Origin: Macrostomum lignano
Taxonomy: Eukaryota
DNA length: 50,296 nucleotides
Assembly (NCBI GenBank): GCA_002269645.1
Contig: NIVC01000572.1
Span: forward strand, 482,925 to 533,220
Reading direction: 5' to 3'
Part shown: one piece after another, positions 46,823-50,296 of the stretch
Layout: the number at the start of each line of letters is the position of its first letter
Position numbering within the stretch: the stretch's first letter is position 1
Notes under the pieces: model-generated
What the model was told of the DNA's origin: nothing
Databases searched by the model: none
The model's input: the letters and a program-made list of their open reading frames with translations, nothing else
Position numbers and translations under genes: made by a program

Positions 46823-47717
46823 ATGCTGTCCCGGTCGGCTTTCAACGAGGCGCTGCCGCAGCTCCTCGCCCGCCTCTCTGGCCGCCTCTCCTGGCCGATG
46901 CGCCTGGCAACCGTCGGAGCCGAATCCGACACGCCCGTGATGGAGCTGCAGACCAGCTTCCTGGTTGCCGGCCCTGCTGCTGATGCGTCCGATTCTGCTC
47001 CCGTGTTGGTGCAGGTAAATCTCTATCTGCCAATCCGCCTCTGTCTCTATCTGCCAATCTGCCAATCCGCCTCTGTCTCTATCTGCCAATCTGCCAGTCC
47101 ACCTCAGTCTCTATCTGCCAATCTACCTCAGTCTCTATCTGCCAATATGCCAATCCGCCTCTGTCTCTATCTGCCAATCTGCCAATCCACCTCAGTCTCT
47201 ATCTGCCAATCTACCTCAGTCTCTATCTGCCAATATGCCAATCCACCTCAGTCTATATCTGCCTATCTGCCAATCTGCCGGCCCCAATTCATCTCAGTAT
47301 CTATCTGCCGGCCTTCCCCTGCCAGTGCGACTGCACATTGGCTTCAGCTCTGCCTACGCCTGCCCGGTGCTGCACTTCTGCCTCAGCCAGCCCGACGGCG
47401 TCCCCCTGGCAGCCTCCGACGCCGCCGATTTCGTTCGCGTCAACGTGGAATCGTCGACTGGCGAGGCAGCCGGGCAGCTGGATCTGGCCTCGGTGCTGTC
47501 GCAGGTGCCGCATCCGCAGCTGGGCTGCCCCATGTACACCCTGCACCCGTGCCGCACCGCAGAGCTCATCGGCAGGCTGACGTCAGCCTCTGAAGCTGAC
47601 AGAGATGGCAGCGGCGAAGTCCGCGACACGAATGCCGCCGCGCTGGCGGTGCTGAGCTGGCTGACTGTCTATGGCCGGGCCGTGGGACTGCAGGTGCCCC
47701 CAGAGTGCTTCCTGTAG
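46823..47717 (+). CDS. ATG10: E2-like Atg12-conjugating enzyme ATG10
   Basis: Exon 1 is 46823-47014 (CAG|GTAAAT, phase 0). Exon 2 starts at 47298 (in phase) or at 47326 (needs one missing G). It encodes HIGFSSAYACPVLHF, HPQLGCPMYTLHPC (catalytic Cys) and LSWLTVYGRAVGL. Confidence 0.88.
47020..47310. repeat. Intronic CTCTATCTGCCAAT-based array
   Basis: 24/32-bp variants fill the ATG10 intron. Confidence 0.88.
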
Positions 47718-47806
47718 CTGACTGACTGACTGACTGACTGACTGACTGACTGACTGACTGACTGACTGACTGACTGACTGACTGACTGACTGACTGACTG
47801 ACTGAC
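47718..47806. repeat. (CTGA)n microsatellite directly after the ATG10 stop
   Basis: About 22 perfect tetramers. Confidence 0.97.
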
Positions 47807-48054
47807 TCTATCAAGCGATGCACTGTATCTTGTCTTTCATGTTTATATTCTTTACTATGCTGCTGATAATTTTGTTAAGTAGTATGATGTAAATTTTCTG
47901 TTTATTATTCGTAGCGAAAATGATGGCTATTTGTTCACGGAATATTCGGGCCTGATGGCCCACGTCCTTTTTCAAAAGGCTGAACGCAGGGACTTCAATG
48001 TGTTGTTTTAATTTCTAATTCTAAACATAATTCTTTTAAGGTCAAGTAATCTCT

Positions 48055-48290
48055 CATTCAGGGATGAGATTTTAGAGATCTCAAATCTCAGGGATAAGAT
48101 TCTAGGATCTCAATCTCTCTCAAGACTCTAGCATGAGATCATAGAATCTCAATCTCAGTGATGAGATCATAGAATCTCAATCTCAGGGATGAGATCATAG
48201 AATCTCAATCTCAGGGATGAGATCATAGAATCTCAATCTCAGTGATGAGATCATAGAATCTCAATCTCAGGGATGAGATCAAAGAATCTC
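48055..48290. repeat. Minisatellite, 28-bp unit (GGGATGAGATCATAGAATCTCAATCTCA)
   Basis: About 5 good copies plus degenerate ones upstream of ARMC7. Confidence 0.88.
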
Positions 48291-48385
48291 CAGACCCAAA
48301 AGCCGCTGCAGTGCGGCGATCTCAACCAGCTCCGATCTCTTCAGCCCGCAGCCCTGCCGGCCACCAAAGTGGCTCAGCAGTCTCC

Positions 48386-49015
48386 ATGTTCACCTCTCCG
48401 CGCCAGCTGGTCCGCCAGTCCGGCCCCTACGCTATCGGCCGCCTCGCCTACCTGCGCCAGCTCGTGTCGAGTTCCGCCGCTCGGCCGGCCAGCCCGGCGA
48501 CTCGGACAGCCGACGGCAGGTGCTGGCCAACCTGGCCAACTTCGCCTACGACCCCGTCAACTTCGATTTCCTCCGCCATCTCAACGTCGTGCCCGGCCTG
48601 CTGATGGAGTGCGCAGCCTCCCAGGCAGCCGCCCCGGACGCTGAGGAGCTGCGCCGATTTGCCTTGGCCGGCATCGCCAACTGCTGTCCGGACCGGACAA
48701 TGCCCGCCTGCTGTTGGCGGCCGGCCTGCTGCCCTGCCTGCGCCAACTCGTCATGGAGCCGCGGCAGCTCCGCGATGCCAGTGATGAGGCTTGGGAGATG
48801 CTGCGGCTCAGCCTGACCGTGCTGGCCAGCTGGTCGTGTCCGAGAGCGGCGAGAAGCGGCGGCTTCGGCCGGCTGTCGTCGGGCGATGCCGAGCTCTGCA
48901 GAGGCTGCGCGACTTGCTGACGGCGGGCGCCGGCGACGACACGACCGGCGGGTGCAGCGGGCGGCTGGTGTCCAACCTGGCCAGGGTCATCTGCATGGAG
49001 CTGGGCGTGGGCTGA
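48386..49015 (+). CDS. ARMC7: Armadillo repeat protein ARMC7, about 210 aa, single coding exon with three apparent 1-nt deletions
   Basis: MFTS...IGRLAYLRQLVS[E]F...QVLANLANFAYDPVNFDFLRHLNV...FALAGIANCCPD matches ARMC7. The frame is restored by TCG[G]AG (~48469), CGG[G]AC (~48696) and GCC[C]AG (~48827). More likely consensus errors than a pseudogene. Confidence 0.82.
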
Positions 49016-49059
49016 CGTCCGGCTGCTGCTGCTGGCGCACCATGCCTCTCTCTTCCTAA

Positions 49060-50296
49060 TGGTGCTTCAATGGCGCCCTTAATGACCCCCTGAGCTTCAA
49101 TGGCGCCCCAATAACGTCGGCGCTTCACTGGCGCGCCCAATGACCCTCGGCGCTTTAAATGTCGCCCAATGACCCTCGGCACTTCAATGACGCCCCCAAT
49201 GATCCTCGGCGGTTCAATGGCGCCCCAATGACCCTCGGGGCTTCACTGGCGCTCTCTATGACCCTCGCGGTTCAATGGCGCTCCTAATGACCCCCGAGCT
49301 TCACCGGCGCCCCCAATGACCCCCGAGCTTCACTGGCGCCCTCAATGACCCCGACGAGCTTCACTGGCGCCCCCAATGACCCCGAGTTCACTGGCGCCCC
49401 AATGAATCCCGACTTCACTGGGCCACCAATGACCCTCGCGCTTCAATGGCGCCCAATGACTCTCGGCCTTCAATGCGCCCTATGACCTCTGTCGCTTCAA
49501 TGGCGCCCCCAATGACCCTCGGGGGCTTCACTGGCGCTCTATGACCCTCGGCGGTTCAATGGCGCTCTTAATGACCCCGAGCTTCACTGGCGCCCCAATG
49601 ACCCTCGAGCTTCGCGTTGGCGCCCCAATGACCCTCGGCTGGCTTCAATGGCGCCCCAATGACTCGGCGCTTCAATGGCGCCCCAATGACCTCGGCTTCA
49701 ATGGCGCCCCAATGACCTCTCGGCACTTCACATGGCGCCCCAATGACCTCGGCGGCGTTCAATGGCGCCCAATGACCCTCGGGGGCTTCACTGGCGCCCC
49801 CAATGACCCTCGGCACTTCAATGACGCCCCCAATGATCCTCGGCGGTTCAATGGCGCTTCAATGACCCCCGAGCTTCACCGGCGCCCCAATGACCCCCGG
49901 CAGCTTCACTGGCGCCCCCAATGACCCCCCGAGCTTCACTGGCGCTCAATGACCCCGAGCTTCACTGGCGCCCCCAATGACCCCCGAGCTTCACTGGCGC
50001 CCCAATGACATCCCGAGCTTCACTGGCCCCAATGACCCTCGGCGCTTCAATGGCGCCCCAATGACTCTCGGCGCTTCAATGGCGCCCCAATGACCTCGAA
50101 GCTTAGATGGGCGCAATGACCCTCGGCGCTTCAATGACGCCTCAATGACTCGATCGGCACTTCAATGGCGCCCCCAATGATCCTCGAGCTTATGGCGCCC
50201 CAATGACCCCGAGCTTCAATGGCGCCCCAATGACCCCGAGGCACTTCACTGGCGCCCCCAATGACCCCCCGACTTCAATGGCGTCCCCAATGACCC
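49060..50296. repeat. GC-rich minisatellite, about 28-bp unit (GGCGCCCCAATGACCCCCGAGCTTCACT)
   Basis: Over 40 indel-ridden copies to the window end. Confidence 0.92.

Noticed and set aside
48386-49015. Programmed ribosomal frameshifting or RNA editing in ARMC7
   Set aside because: No slippery heptamers or stimulatory structures at the breaks; homopolymer shortening is the typical long-read error.

Overview
Eukaryotic (animal) genomic DNA with GC-rich exons, spliceosomal introns filled by minisatellites, and AT-rich intergenic DNA. This style suggests the flatworm Macrostomum or a relative, but that is inference only. Nine host genes can be reconstructed by hand: a secreted single-WSC-domain protein (-), DNAJB6-like (+), a Sex-lethal/ELAV-family two-RRM protein (-), ORC2 (-), two tandem universal stress protein paralogs (+), and a co-oriented NCLX/SLC8B1-like, ATG10, ARMC7 trio (+). 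Mobile DNA comprises a 5'-truncated RTE-clade LINE, tRNA-derived SINEs (one with the MIR-type CORE domain), a young ORF-less LTR element and several MITE-like inverted repeats; about 20 tandem arrays are also present. The best finding is a 384-bp non-coding retroposon inserted antisense into the LINE (12-bp TSD, (GAA)n tail). Its first nucleotide is G1 of a complete HDV-like self-cleaving ribozyme fold, making it a ribozyme-headed SINE-like element with no Pol III boxes. Also notable are operon-like gene pairs with a recurring minisatellite / U-rich / minisatellite spacer, a CAG|CCAA motif just before four start codons, and strong local enrichment of the TAGGCCTA palindrome. Most long ORFs in the supplied track are translations of minisatellites. 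All alignments and counts were done by eye, and repeat boundaries are approximate.
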